58,296 nucleotides of DNA from Alloascoidea hylecoeti. Taxonomy: Eukaryota. Under the pieces are notes generated by a model. It was given only the letters and a program-made list of their open reading frames with translations. It did no database searches and was not told the origin of the DNA. Position numbers and translations under genes: made by a program. Positions within the stretch are counted from its first letter, which is position 1. Each line of letters starts with the position of its first letter. Shown one piece after another: positions 1-12,206 of the stretch. The stretch covers positions 62,001 through 120,296 of the forward strand of contig BCKZ01000035.1 of assembly GCA_001600815.1 (NCBI GenBank), read 5' to 3'.

Positions 1-460
1 CATATTCATTTATACCATTATCATTTGCATCAATTGCTTCTAAAAATTCTTTATAAATTTTAAAATATAATATTTTAATATCTTGTTCATTTTTGAAATT
101 AAAAATTTCTTGGATAACTTTTTCACCAAAATGTTTCCAAATTAATCCAGCTGAACTTAATTTTGTATTAAAACCTTCAATTTCATTAAAAACTTCATTG
201 AAACCTCTTTGATGATGATCAAATTTTTTTTCTAATAAATTATATTCTGCTCCAACATCAACAATTATATCACAATTTGATAAAATCTTTAAATCTCTTG
301 ATCTAATAATTGTTGCTTCTTTATATTCTTTTAATTGTTTTAATATATATACTGCTAATGCTTCATCTGCATGAAATGTTCCATTATGTGTTCCAATTGT
401 AACCATTTTTGTAAATTTTTTAATTGATGAAAATGAATTCGTTCTCAATTTTTTATACAT
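1..460 (-). CDS. MYG1: MYG1 family exonuclease, N-terminal part (continues beyond window start)
   Basis: Manual translation from ATG 460: MYKKLRTNSFSSIKKFTKMVTIGTHNGTFHADEALAVYIL...IIRSRD...DIIVDVGAEY...FDHHQRGF...TKLSSAGLIWKHFG, hallmark MYG1/UPF0160 motifs; not in ORF track because it runs off the edge. Confidence 0.93.
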   Translation of the reverse strand, partial: MYKKLRTNSFSSIKKFTKMVTIGTHNGTFHADEALAVYILKQLKEYKEATIIRSRDLKILSNCDIIVDVGAEYNLLEKKFDHHQRGFNEVFNEIEGFNTKLSSAGLIWKHFGEKVIQEIFNFKNEQDIKILYFKIYKEFLEAIDANDNGINEY

Positions 461-759
461 TTATTGAGATGAGTTGAAATTTTTTCCATTAATTATCATA
501 GTGGCTAGTAAACATCCTTACAACTTTATAGTATGAAGATAACAATCTATCAATTTCATAATGATAGCAATTACAACCTAAATTTTATATAATCTTTGAT
601 ATTTAAATGCTTAACTTTACAAATAAAAAATATTGTTGAAATTGTATATCTACAACTAATGATAACTGTGATGTATCAACTAATTCATTTCACCCAATTA
701 GGATTGCCACAAATAATCCCACTTCAAACTTAATGGTGGACTTGTAAAAACCCGGGATA

Positions 760-1510
760 AATATTTGAAACTTACGGAATACATTTGAGCTAATATTAAC
801 AATCAAGTTACTGAAGCTGAAATCAAATCAAGACAGGTCGTGAGAGTTCTTCAATTATGGTTGAGTTACTGATGATGAGCTCGCAAATCTTAATTATTTA
901 CAAATTTGGAGTTAGTGGATTTAAAGAACGTTACAAAAATTTAAAAAAAAACAAATATCGTACACTTATTAAGAGAATTTTAAACTTAAGTAGATTTTAT
1001 TATGTAGAAACTTATTGAATTCGAAATACAGATCGATTATGGTATATTTTTGTTGTAATAAAAATAAAGTAGAGCAATATATAATATTAAATAATCATAC
1101 CATTCCAACTATAATATTCAACTCTAATACCCAACTCTAACAAGAAATGTAGTGTCGGTAGAAATACCTATTATCTAAGCCCTTGAGCGTGGTATTTTTC
1201 AACACGGCAATGATTCAATTCAAAATTCAAGAAAACTTAGACTAATTTGGCCAATTGGAGAAAAATCAAGTGGAAACAGCCGTTGGACTACGAGGTAGTA
1301 CGGGCTCTCCAGACTTAACCCATTGAAAAAAGTTTAAAACTGACCCGATAAACAAGCACCCAAAGTTAACTACAATGAATGATGTTATCAGCAAGGTCAA
1401 GAATCGTCTTATAGAAGTACTGCCAGATATATGTGATCAGCTAGATCAATCGCTTTTTGATCAACTTATCGCATACAGGCCAATGCGTCTAAAACAACAA
1501 AAGAGGAACA
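760..1510 (+). mobile_element. Degenerate Tc1/mariner (DDE_3-type) transposase relic
   Basis: Ordered decayed motifs: RSIMVYFCC (~1031; cf. SVMVWGC), IFQHGNDSI (~1194; cf. FQQDNAPIH), tctccagacttaacccattgaa (~1306; frameshifted SPDLNPIE), LDQSLFDQLIAYRPMRLK (ORF 1375-1557; cf. I.NLV.SMPRRL). Boundaries approximate, no TIRs found. Confidence 0.7.
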
Positions 1511-2190
1511 AGTTGACTCCAGTTGTCTTCAGTGATAGTTATACAGACCAGGCATAGTGATTTTTCCGTGGGAATTGGTCTATAAAATTGTGTGTTTTTT
1601 AGATCTAGAGTGAAACAAAGGTACTCACTTAATTCTTCCGTGTAGCCGGTAAGAACACAGGGATATCCATTACAATTGTTGGCTACTAGTCTGGGGTTTC
1701 ATGTAATAACCAGTTATATTACTTCTTCTCCAGATTATCTATAACTAGCTAGCACCTCAGCTAGTAAATGGTGTCAGATAAATCTTTTTGTGTGCCAACT
1801 ATGTATGTTGTAACAATTTTTACACGCAAACCGGTGCCTACACGCGCATCTAAATAAAGTTTAAAAAATTAAATTAAAAAATGAAATAAACAGATAAACA
1901 ATTATAAAAAAATATCAAAATATAGAAATATAAAATCAGATCAAAAAAGTCTGAACATTAACATCATAACTAGTAGTAACGTTAACCAAATTTAAAATAA
2001 TTGCCCTCTATTTTATACACTTTATTCAGTACGTACGCACATTTTAATTATTCAAAAACCTTAACAACTACACATTTCTGAAAACTTATCCTCTTTTCCC
2101 CACCAGAGATAATAATTAACACATATATTGATAGCTTAAACCTTTACGTTCCTTATTTTGTTACTATTATTTACGACTAGTTAGGTAACG

Positions 2191-5100
2191 ATGGAGATTG
2201 ATGTACGGAACGGTATTAATAATGATACGACAATATCTAAAGAGGACCAAGACCAGGAACAAGAGGTTTATTATTCGAGGAAAATGACAATAGTAAATGA
2301 CGTGAACGGATCTCCTTATAATTCAGATATAGTGGCAACAAATACAGAAGCAGATATTACAACTGAAAAAGAAGAACAATATAAGGAGGCCGCCAAAGGT
2401 TTACAACAATTGAAAAGTTTAGGACAAGTGTTTGGAAATGAAAATGGGCAAGGTGAAGGATTGACTGTTGAGGATTTACGACGTTACGGCATTACATGTA
2501 ATGTTGATGAGGATCATGATCCAATGGAAAATGAAGGTGAGGACTCCGCAGCCAATAACAAGGCGATCAAAGGAACACCAACCGGAGCCCGAGGAATGAC
2601 CACAGAATCTACCCCAGTTAGGGCAGATGGAACAGCTGATACAGCCGAAACGGCCGAAATAAGGCATTTAAGACAATTGACAACGGATTTTAAAAACCAG
2701 AATATAATTTTATCAACCTTATTAACTGAAAGTTTTCAACGAATAGACAATTTTTTAAAAACATCTGATTTTTTAGAAAATCAATTATTAAAAAACGAAT
2801 CAAATTTATTAAAAACTCAAAAAGATTTAATTTTATTAAACGATGAAAAGAAAAAATTAATTTCCGAAAATAACAAATTACATGCAAATTTATTAACAAA
2901 TTCAACATCTGATTTTAAAAACTTTACTACTGATTTTATACAAAGCTGCGACATGAGACTTCAAATGAGCTCCTATTCAAGGAGACTTCGATCATCTTCC
3001 ATTAACAAACACCAAGATGATAGTAGTGATGAGGGTGATGATGACGATCTCCATAATAGCTCCCCTGCATCCCGACAACTCGTTGACCCAAAGGCAATGA
3101 AAAAACTACAAGATAATTATCGATCCCTACAAATCCAATTTTCATCCATCAGATCCGAATTGGATGGTTCAAGACAGCAAATTAAAAACCTAGAGCTGGA
3201 ACGGAATGCGATGTTGGAACAGATTTCCGAGTTAACAAATGAAAAAATGTCTTTGATTAAACAATTGCAGCAAGAAAATTTAACACCCCATTTATCAAAA
3301 ACATACCTGATAAGATCCAGGCCAACTTTACGATTAACTGATGTTATTGATGAAGAAGAAGATGGTGATGATACCGATGAAGAAGAAGAAGATAATTATC
3401 CAACTACTGCGGCCCCTGTCAATAGGCCTAGTAGTGCTGCTGGTAACAAGATTTTCCGTTTGTCCTCGTATGCCCGAACCCAAAACCAAACTCTTAACGT
3501 AAACAGTAGTCTTGACAAAATTAACAAAATTAGAAACAGCAATGCTAATAATTCAGATTCAGATGACGATAATAATATTACAAGAAAAACTCCAACTCCT
3601 GTTATGCAAAGACCACATATTAAATCAGCATCAACTTTATCTTTATCAAAACGGGAACCTGAATCAAGAAAACAATTAAGTGTTTTAACACCAATGGCAA
3701 GATTTAGAAAATCTCAAGAATCTTTTAATACTACTGAAGATGATGATGAATCAAGTGAGAATGAAGATGATTTAGAAGATGAATTTGCTGGTAAATTTAT
3801 AACTGGTGATAAAACAAGGGTACCAAAAGAACTTCAACCTTATGGTTTTTCAAAACAAACTACATCAAGAACTAAAAGTCCAAACAATGGTGCATTAAGA
3901 AATAAAAGTCCTGGTATTGCAAGAGTTAATAGCCCAAATAATAATCCACTAAGAACTAAAAGTCCTGGTATTGCAAGGGTTAATAGTCCAAATAAAGTTA
4001 TTGCAAGAGTTAATAGTCCACCGACAAATAGAGTTAAATCCCCGCCATTGAACAATAATAGTAGCATGAACCTTAGCAATAACAATAACAATAACAACAA
4101 TAATAATAATCGAAATAGAAGACCTTCAATTTATGGTACGAAGAATGCTTCAACTCCCGTTTTAAATGGAAGGAGATCATCAACTGATTTATCACCAACT
4201 ACTAATTCAAACTCAAACTTACTTTTAAACTCAAATTCTAATAGTAATAATATTGTTGTTAACAGGGGTAAAATTATAAATACAAAAACTCCTATATCTA
4301 GACCACAATCAAGAAATGGTACACCAATTACTCCAAATTCTGCAAGGCCATCATCAAGACCACCATCTAGACCTCGTGTGCCATCACGTACTGGTTCTGC
4401 ACCAAGAGCTGGTATTAGATCTACAACTCCAACAAATAGTCATTATCCTTTAACTACAACAAATAACAATAATAGCATTAAAACTCATGCTAAGTCATCT
4501 TCTATAGTTTATGCAAATGATGTTAATAATTTATCATTAACAAGAATCAAAAAGAACACTGATTCCGATTCTGAATCTGAATCTGATGATGATAATAGGA
4601 CTAATGGTAATGTATCATCAGGAGAAGGTGTTAAACTTGAAAATGAGATTCTAAAACTGAAACATGAGACTATAACATTAAAGAAACAAAATAAAAAACT
4701 AACAGATTATATTCAAACTTTAATCAATCAAGTACAAGTTCTTAGTAAAGATGGTAAACCTGGTATAATTAGTAATTTAATTGTTAATAATGTTAGTAAA
4801 GTTAGTAATAAAGCAATTACTTTCCATGATTTTGGTAAAGATACAAATAATGATAAACAAAATGCTTATCATAATGAAAGTGATGAGGATAGTGATTCTG
4901 ATGATGAAAAACTAAAATCTAATAATAATGGTAATAATTTATTAACAATGGTTGAAATGGGTAATTCAAGTGTTAAACAAGGGATGGGGTCATTATGGAG
5001 TTCGAAATTAAAACAACAACAACAACAACAACAATTACATCCAAATAATAATAAATCAAAGGATAATAATAATAATAAAGATAAAGAAAATAATGGTATA

Positions 5101-5373
5101 TTATCAAACCCAGCTGGATCAATATCTCAAATTTTTGGATTATTAGGATCAACACCTCAACCTACTACTAATAATAATAACAGTAATAATAAGAATAATG
5201 CTGATAATGATGAGAAACCTTCCTCTGGATTTGGTAGATGGGCAACCGGGAATTGGGGATTAGGTAGATCAAGTACAGCGCCAACAACAGCAAAGGAAAA
5301 AGTATCTGAGAATAAGGGTGGAAGATATAGTAGTATGTTGATAGGTGATGATTCTTTTGATTTTGAATCTTAA
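2191..5373 (+). CDS. Uncharacterised 1060-aa low-complexity protein with coiled coils and Ser-Pro repeats
   Basis: Long uninterrupted ORF; heptad-rich segments at ~aa155-235, ~300-365 and ~815-850; N/S/D/E-rich disordered tracts. Confidence 0.85.
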   Translation: MEIDVRNGINNDTTISKEDQDQEQEVYYSRKMTIVNDVNGSPYNSDIVATNTEADITTEKEEQYKEAAKGLQQLKSLGQVFGNENGQGEGLTVEDLRRYGITCNVDEDHDPMENEGEDSAANNKAIKGTPTGARGMTTESTPVRADGTADTAETAEIRHLRQLTTDFKNQNIILSTLLTESFQRIDNFLKTSDFLENQLLKNESNLLKTQKDLILLNDEKKKLISENNKLHANLLTNSTSDFKNFTTDFIQSCDMRLQMSSYSRRLRSSSINKHQDDSSDEGDDDDLHNSSPASRQLVDPKAMKKLQDNYRSLQIQFSSIRSELDGSRQQIKNLELERNAMLEQISELTNEKMSLIKQLQQENLTPHLSKTYLIRSRPTLRLTDVIDEEEDGDDTDEEEEDNYPTTAAPVNRPSSAAGNKIFRLSSYARTQNQTLNVNSSLDKINKIRNSNANNSDSDDDNNITRKTPTPVMQRPHIKSASTLSLSKREPESRKQLSVLTPMARFRKSQESFNTTEDDDESSENEDDLEDEFAGKFITGDKTRVPKELQPYGFSKQTTSRTKSPNNGALRNKSPGIARVNSPNNNPLRTKSPGIARVNSPNKVIARVNSPPTNRVKSPPLNNNSSMNLSNNNNNNNNNNNRNRRPSIYGTKNASTPVLNGRRSSTDLSPTTNSNSNLLLNSNSNSNNIVVNRGKIINTKTPISRPQSRNGTPITPNSARPSSRPPSRPRVPSRTGSAPRAGIRSTTPTNSHYPLTTTNNNNSIKTHAKSSSIVYANDVNNLSLTRIKKNTDSDSESESDDDNRTNGNVSSGEGVKLENEILKLKHETITLKKQNKKLTDYIQTLINQVQVLSKDGKPGIISNLIVNNVSKVSNKAITFHDFGKDTNNDKQNAYHNESDEDSDSDDEKLKSNNNGNNLLTMVEMGNSSVKQGMGSLWSSKLKQQQQQQQLHPNNNKSKDNNNNKDKENNGILSNPAGSISQIFGLLGSTPQPTTNNNNSNNKNNADNDEKPSSGFGRWATGNWGLGRSSTAPTTAKEKVSENKGGRYSSMLIGDDSFDFES
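3868..4045 (+). repeat. Imperfect intragenic tandem repeat (60-nt unit plus partial units) encoding KSPGIARVNSPN
   Basis: aaaagtcctggtattgcaagagttaatagcccaaat repeated as aaaagtcctggtattgcaagggttaatagtccaaat; further RVNSP/RVKSP units. Confidence 0.85.
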
Positions 5374-5629
5374 TCTTGATCTTATAATGATTTAATATTT
5401 CTTTTTTTCGAATTGAAAATTGAAATAGAAATTAAAGCTTTAAACAATATTAAAATGGCTGATAACTTGTTGCATTATGTTATTGTTATTTTTGATTTAT
5501 TGATTTTTTTTTTGGTCTTAGTTTGTTTTATCTTGACTGTCATTATATTTTTTTTTACATTAGTACTTAATTTTTTTTATTTTTGAAGCTTTTAATCAAC
5601 TCATAATGGGTATGGATAATCATAGAGGA

Positions 5630-7467
5630 TACTATCATCATTACAATTGAAAACTATTAATGATACATACACAATTAACTGTATAAAAAAAGTTCCTACA
5701 AAACATTTAAAAAGAGGAGGGAAAAAAAGTCGTTAACGAAAGATATAATTATTACCGTTTTATTTTATTTTTTACATTTGATTTTGGCATTTGGTATTTT
5801 TGCACTTAATTAAGAAATACTATTGATAAATAAAATAGATATTGTTGCATAATCATGGGAAATGATAGTCGGTTCGTTATTATTGAATATAAAATTTAAA
5901 ATGTGGTGCGGGTATGAAAACAACAATTAAAAATATAGTTTAATTGAATAATACTATACAACGATTAGTTATAGGGTATGATTATTATTTATGATTACAA
6001 TTGGCATTTTTGTGGAAGTTTTTTTTTCCTTTTCTTTTGTCTTTCTTTTGACTTTCTTGATTGTTTGTTTTCTTAGAGAGTCTCATATATAAATATAAAA
6101 TATTTTTTAACAAGATAATAATTGAAGAAAATGATAAATCTTAGCAGGTAGTCTATAATTTGAATATTAATAATTATAAGATAATTACATAATTGTATCC
6201 GTTTATGTCGGCAGACGACAAATATTTGCCCAAATCTTGCACTAATAAGCTGCCACGTTGTAGTTCATTACGTGGCCAAACATTTGTCCAATTTCTTCAA
6301 AAACATAGCTGAACATTTAGTTTAAACAAAACCGAAATTAAGTGGAACCCAATTACCTTATAATGGTAAGCTTATAAGCTTATGCGTGCCGTATATTTAC
6401 GTGATCTAATTTTCGACGCCGATTCTTTATCTGTAGTGAAATTGAAAAGAGCGCCATTCGCAATTGGACTTGCAATGGAGGTATATTGCGATTAGTGAAA
6501 AGTGTGAGAATCATTAGCAGATCTATACTGTACAGTAATTGAGTTCTCAAAATTTATAATTGATGATTTTAGAAATTGATTGGCTATGTATGATACTTTA
6601 TAATTACTACCAGTAGGTTATTAGTGATTTGCAAAATAATAAGTAGCCAATATGGAACTCAAGTTATTTGGCGGTTGTTTTTTCAACATAGTAGTCATCA
6701 GACATTCAATATTCTGTTCAGTAGCTACGAAAGAAAGAAAAATGTTAATAAATATAATTATAAATCAATTGTTATTCATAATTATAAGCATATGCCTAAA
6801 TATGACGAATCTTAAATATATGATGATGATCAATCAATTAAAAATGTAAATGAGAGATATAGCCATATCGCAAAGGAAATATAATAAATATGGGCCTATA
6901 GCCTAATATTATACATATAAGCCTTATAAATAGCTATGGATAGTACGTAGAGGTTAATCATTAAATGTTAATGATAGCGACTTTATCAACATTCATAATA
7001 AAGCATATTATAGTCTCACATAAGTAACTCTATAGTATTTGTAGCTATATATTTTATTACTAAGGTTAACTCCATATTTAGCACATATGATAAATTATGT
7101 TAATTATAAAAGATTATTGTTACAAATAAAATCAAAACTATTTGAAAAATTAAATATTTACATAGGGCATATATATTAAATATTTAGCGAAAATAAATAG
7201 CTGGGGGTATAACAATAAAGAAACATATTAATTAGGATTTAGAATCAATAGTTAGTTAATTGTAAAAAATAAATTCATTTCAAAACATAATATCAAGGAA
7301 GAAAAAAAATATTAAGAAATATAAAAAGTGAATATAGAATATAAAATATAATTATATAAAATAGAAATTAAGGAAAGTTAAGAAAAGTTAAGAAGAATCT
7401 TTGGAATTTGATGTGCATAATAATTTTTCTGTAGCTGAATTATAATCTCTTTTATTTAAATTCAAAT
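5630..7467. repeat. Diverged inverted duplicate of ~13559-15512 (downstream flanks of adhesin genes 1 and 2)
   Basis: Colinear reverse-complement blocks, e.g. gttcctacaaaacatttaaaaagaggagg (~5692) vs 15450-15475; both copies give the spurious MELKLFGG ORF (6652+ and 14687-). Confidence 0.85.
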
Positions 7468-8973
7468 TTAAATAAGCAAAACTAATAATTGAGCACTACC
7501 AAGGACAGCCAGATTAAATAATGATAGCTTAAGAGCATTAGATCCATTTGAATCATCAACAGAAGGGAGAGTTGGAGCATTTGAAACGACTGGAGTAGTT
7601 AGAGCTTCTGGAACTTCTGGAACTTCTGGAGAAACTGGGACAGCTGGAACTTCTGGAATTGCTGGAACTTCTGGAATTGCTGGAACTTCTGGAATTGCTG
7701 GAACTTCGGGAGCAACTGGAGAATATGGGACAGCTGGAATTATTTTTGGAATTGTTGGAATTGTTGGAACTTCTGGGAAAACTGGAGCTGATGGAACTGG
7801 TTCAGAACCGCCATTACATTTTTCTTCAGTGCAAGGTGCTGGAGATACTGGAACTGCTGGAGCTGTTGGAACTGGTTCGACACCACCATTACATTCTGCT
7901 TTAGTGCAAGGAATAGTCACAGTATTGATAGGAGTGTCTGTGGGACNGGAAANAGTAGTATAAACAGTGAATCCACCTTCACATTTGGCACATGGAATAG
8001 TAANAGTCATTGTTGTGCTTTCGCTTGCAATTTCTGGACTAGGGGTTGGAACATCTGTGGGACAGGAAATAGTAGTGTAAACAGTGAATCCACCTTCACA
8101 TTTGGCACATGGAATAGTAAGAGTCATTGTTGTACTTCTAGTATCTTCGCTTGCAATTTCTGAACTAGAGGTTGAAGTGACAGCAATATAACTTGAGACA
8201 ATGGAAGTACTAGTAACAACACTTGTTGAGACAGGGATAGCTGTTGTAGAAATTGGGACAATAGATGATGATATTAATACAGTGGCTGTCGAGACTGAGA
8301 TACCTGTTGAGACTGCCACCGGTTCAGTAGAAGTAGTAACGGCTTCATTAGAAGTAGTAACGGTTTCAGTTACAGTACTGATTTCAGGAATGTTGGTCAT
8401 AGATGTTGTAATGGTTGAAGTAGCAATTGGTTCCGGACCTTCATCTGGCTCACAATCATTCTTCCAGCATGTAAATGGTGATTCATAAAATTTGAATTTG
8501 TAGGATATGCAAAGACCTAAAATACTTTTAGCACAGTATTGCATTCCAATTTTAATTGGTGCAACACAAGTGTGACCAAATAGAGCAGGAGTAACCATTG
8601 TAGCCTCTTTATATGTAACTTGAAAGTGATTCATATCAGCTCCAATTTTATCAATATCTAATAGTGTGCTGTAAACAATTTTTGGAAGACCAATTCCAAA
8701 AATCACAACCTCTTTAATAGCATTTCTCTTATATGGATCAGCAGTGAAATCAATATCATAAGTCACCTCAAACATTTTGGCTAGGCCAAGAAGACTGATT
8801 TTTTTGTCAATGGAAACTGCTCTAACTTCATCAGCACAAAATTTACCAATATTAATAGGACAAAAAGGTTTATAAGTACATATTCCTTGGTCTGTACTGA
8901 TTGTACCTGAATCAGCTGCAACCGCAATTGAGATACCTGCAAAAATAGTGACAACTGTAGAAAAGAATTTCAT
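7468..8973 (-). CDS. GPI-anchored Flo11-like adhesin, paralogue 1 (501 aa)
   Basis: Signal peptide; 8-Cys N-terminal domain alignable by eye to Flo11A; Ser/Thr stalk; flocculin-type TTMTxTIPCAKC..TVYTTISCP repeats; PAIPEV repeats; SNGS omega region plus hydrophobic C-terminal tail. Confidence 0.85.
   Translation of the reverse strand: MKFFSTVVTIFAGISIAVAADSGTISTDQGICTYKPFCPINIGKFCADEVRAVSIDKKISLLGLAKMFEVTYDIDFTADPYKRNAIKEVVIFGIGLPKIVYSTLLDIDKIGADMNHFQVTYKEATMVTPALFGHTCVAPIKIGMQYCAKSILGLCISYKFKFYESPFTCWKNDCEPDEGPEPIATSTITTSMTNIPEISTVTETVTTSNEAVTTSTEPVAVSTGISVSTATVLISSSIVPISTTAIPVSTSVVTSTSIVSSYIAVTSTSSSEIASEDTRSTTMTLTIPCAKCEGGFTVYTTISCPTDVPTPSPEIASESTTMTXTIPCAKCEGGFTVYTTXSXPTDTPINTVTIPCTKAECNGGVEPVPTAPAVPVSPAPCTEEKCNGGSEPVPSAPVFPEVPTIPTIPKIIPAVPYSPVAPEVPAIPEVPAIPEVPAIPEVPAVPVSPEVPEVPEALTTPVVSNAPTLPSVDDSNGSNALKLSLFNLAVLGSAQLLVLLI
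7625..7715 (-). repeat. 18-bp coding tandem repeat (PAIPEV)
   Basis: gctggaacttctggaatt repeated in tandem on the + strand. Confidence 0.9.
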
Positions 8974-10822
8974 TTTGTATGTAATGAGCGAATGAATTAA
9001 GCCAAGTGAATTATTGTAATATAATAAAAAGAAATAAATGGAATTTATGATCTTTTATATATATACTTTTGTGTCCATTATATATATTTAAAATCTGGCA
9101 ATTCTTTTTATAGGATATGAATTCAATACAAAATGAACTAATAGATAATGTAAGCAAGTTTTAGTAGATCTGTAGCGCGGTTCATGTAATATTAGAATCG
9201 CGATCGCGATGTAGTTAGCTATAGATGACTGATATTAATTCTGATCTATATATAATTAACTATAGTAAAACAACTCATATATTGTTTGCCAAGGAATGCC
9301 CTATTACACTCTTATGCAAATGAATTAACTTTAAGCTGATATTCAAAACTCAAGAATATTAAATAAATTAATTATAATATTTTAGTTAAGTATGATATAA
9401 TATGTTAACAGTGGAATCTTCAATAATACTGGAATTGTTGCATTATATAAATTACTGTCTATATATAAAATCATATGTCACATGTTATTTATTCATACCA
9501 TCCTATTAGTTCTGATCATTGAATTCCAATTGGATAAATCAATTTGGCAGGACTGCGCATTTACACCACTGAAGTTAGACACATGTAAAAGTTCAATTAC
9601 GAAATTAACGCTTCATAAATCATGAATTATCTATTGGAAATTAAACAACAACTACAGCATTATACCACCAGCAACAACAAATCGCATGTTGCCCCGAACC
9701 CTAATAGTAGCAACACGCTCTTTAATCAGGCAATAGCTATTGTTTGAGCTTAATCATATTATTATGACAAATTTCGTTTCTGATTATTAAATTATAGTCC
9801 AATATATACAGCCTTTATATTATACGTATATTGTGTAACGCAGTCTTTATAATGGTAACTTTAACTGACAATTCATATGCATAATTATAAGTATATTGCT
9901 AATTATGACACATCTTTAGGGTGATTGATTTATGAATTTCGGTTTCTATTAGCATTTGTTAATTGTAAATATTTAAATATTTTATATAACTGTATTCTAA
10001 CTTGTAATATAAGGCTTTATAAATGCAAGTAGGTGTCTCTGCCAAGTACCATATGCATGTGCCCGTGATAACTAACTTTATGTTAAATCTAAATAATAAT
10101 TTAGTCTTAGTTTAAAATCATATAACGTACAATATTCATAAATATTTATAAAGCTATATATATTCTTTAGCTTTCTTATAGAAATTGGAATGTTTAGAAA
10201 TATCAAGATTCTAAATCTAGATCTATACTTTCTAATTCGGAAGAGTGAGCTTAAAGATGTATATGTATATCTGCATAGTCGACTAATTCAACCGAAAAGC
10301 AATTGAAAAGGGGTGAACTAATAGATTAATTTAACTTTTTAAAAACAAATGTTTTGATAATTAGTAGAACTCGATAGATGAATAATTTAGATGTAAATAC
10401 TATACGCGACTCTTCCAATAAAGCCTGAATATATTCTTATGATGATATTCAGATTCTTAAATCAAGCCAAATTTCACCGGATTATATTTACTAGATGATC
10501 GTTTTATAGAAAAGGATACTATCATACTGAATTTAGAATAATTACTATTAAAATGAATTTGACTCTTTTGGGAGATTGGTAGCATAATTTCTTAGATATC
10601 TGTTAGAGCTCCTTTTCAGAAATTATAGGGGAGAAAAAACTTTGGTTATGTCTAGTAGTTAAAATTATCTACACAAATATTAATATGCGTATGCGTATGT
10701 GTGCTCAGTTAATATTGCTACGCATATGTTTTTCACAGTAGATGCAGCTCCAGTGCACATGACTTCAGGGGTAATTATTATTATTATAAGTATAAGCTCA
10801 GGTATAACACATGTTCGTACAC
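8974..10822. repeat. Promoter of adhesin 1; diverged inverted duplicate of promoter of adhesin 3 (~16210-18384)
   Basis: Reverse complement of 9161-9230 (...atcgcgatcgcgattctaatattacatgaaccgcgctacagatctac) aligns with 18141-18210; caggactgcgcat (~9548) matches atgcgcagtcctg (~17814); aacacatgttcgtac (10806) matches gtacgaacatgtgtt (16210). Confidence 0.8.
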
Positions 10823-11134
10823 ATCCCAATCAGAATTAAAATTTCACTATGATGGCGGCTAATTTGTCCGTGCATGCATACGTGCTAATAATAGTAAAGC
10901 AAATACTATATTTGGCTTTGTACATGTACTGCATTTGAATCTGCAATAATACAGACTTACTGTATATGGTAATAAAAACAACCTAAAGAAATCCAGAAAT
11001 AAAACATAATTTTTACATAGTTAAGTCGAGAACTGAAACTATGAGTGAAGTATACGGGCATTCGGTTACCTATGTATGCGATAAAAAGGAAGAAAGGTTT
11101 ATATTTGAATGGCCTGCCAAGCATTAACACAAAC
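10823..11134 (+). repeat. 312-bp inverted repeat, copy A
   Basis: Reverse complement of 15763-16074 with 5 mismatches counted by eye. Confidence 0.97.
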
Positions 11135-12206
11135 CAGTAAAATTATAAATTATATCTGACACACTGTCGTCATTGGAATAAATATTTAGTATTATTGGTA
11201 GTACAAATGATTTCAAAAGATTCTGTCGGGGAAAGTCAATATGTTAAATCAATATAGAAAAATCCAATATAAGTTAAAAAAGCCCTCAAACGTTTTATAC
11301 TATTGAAGAATAAAATTTGGCTAAGTATTGTATTAGACCTCATTATGATTGTTCATATAGGAACATACAAAATACCGTATTATCGCACGATGTTTCAAAG
11401 TTTTACCAATTGTAACTGTTTTCATACTGGCTCTCATATTATACCAGACCAATGGCCTGAATTTGAATCCATAATTATAGCTATGATATAGTTCAATAAT
11501 ATGAGAGAATTTATTTCAATAATGGAAGGCAAATGGCAAGGCAGCATCTACAGATAGCTAAGTTTAAATTTAGATTTTACCCTCGGGCTCAGCTGTTATC
11601 ACCCATTGGCAATTGTATCTATTTTCAAAATTATTATAAGAAACAAAAAAAGTTGATGGTTATTCTTCAATATTAAGGCTATCCCATTATCTATCATTTA
11701 CTAAAAGCTATGAAATCTAATACAAAAGTTAAAGGATCAAATATTGCTACTGAAATTTATATCAATCACCTGCTCCCTATACCCTTTGATTACAATATAA
11801 TAGCAACCGTAAACAAATACAAACTAGTTATATCTCAATTTCATAGGGTTATGTATTGTTATGACATATATATTGGTAGTCCATGAGAATAAATTAGACT
11901 ATTATCATGCATTTACATTTCACAGGCAAAATGGGCATCAACGTTTAACCTTAATAGATTAAGTTAAACCTAATAGGTAATAAGCTATTACTATTGCTGC
12001 AAATTTCTGTTGCAGATATACAAATTGAATGAAAGCCTAAGAATGTGTTTTACGAATGTATAAGTTAGTTCATTATATATTTAATAAAGTCAAAAAAATT
12101 CATTAAAAATAAATAAAATATTCCTGATCATATTACATTAGAAATTATATATAAAGGACAAGAAATTCACTACATTTATTCTCATTATCTTACAGTAATT
12201 CACCTA

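Noticed and set aside
3840..4100. Hydrophobic Leu-rich antisense ORF
   Set aside because: Reverse complement of Asn runs and SP repeats in the 1060-aa gene
6624..6849. Small ORFs MELKLFGG here and at 14487-14687 as a conserved peptide pair
   Set aside because: Similarity is explained by the inverted duplication; frames diverge after a few codons through indels
7659..8488. Antisense/alternate-frame ORFs over adhesin genes (also 12721-13524, 18870-19572)
   Set aside because: Shadows of 9/18-bp coding repeats and biased codon use
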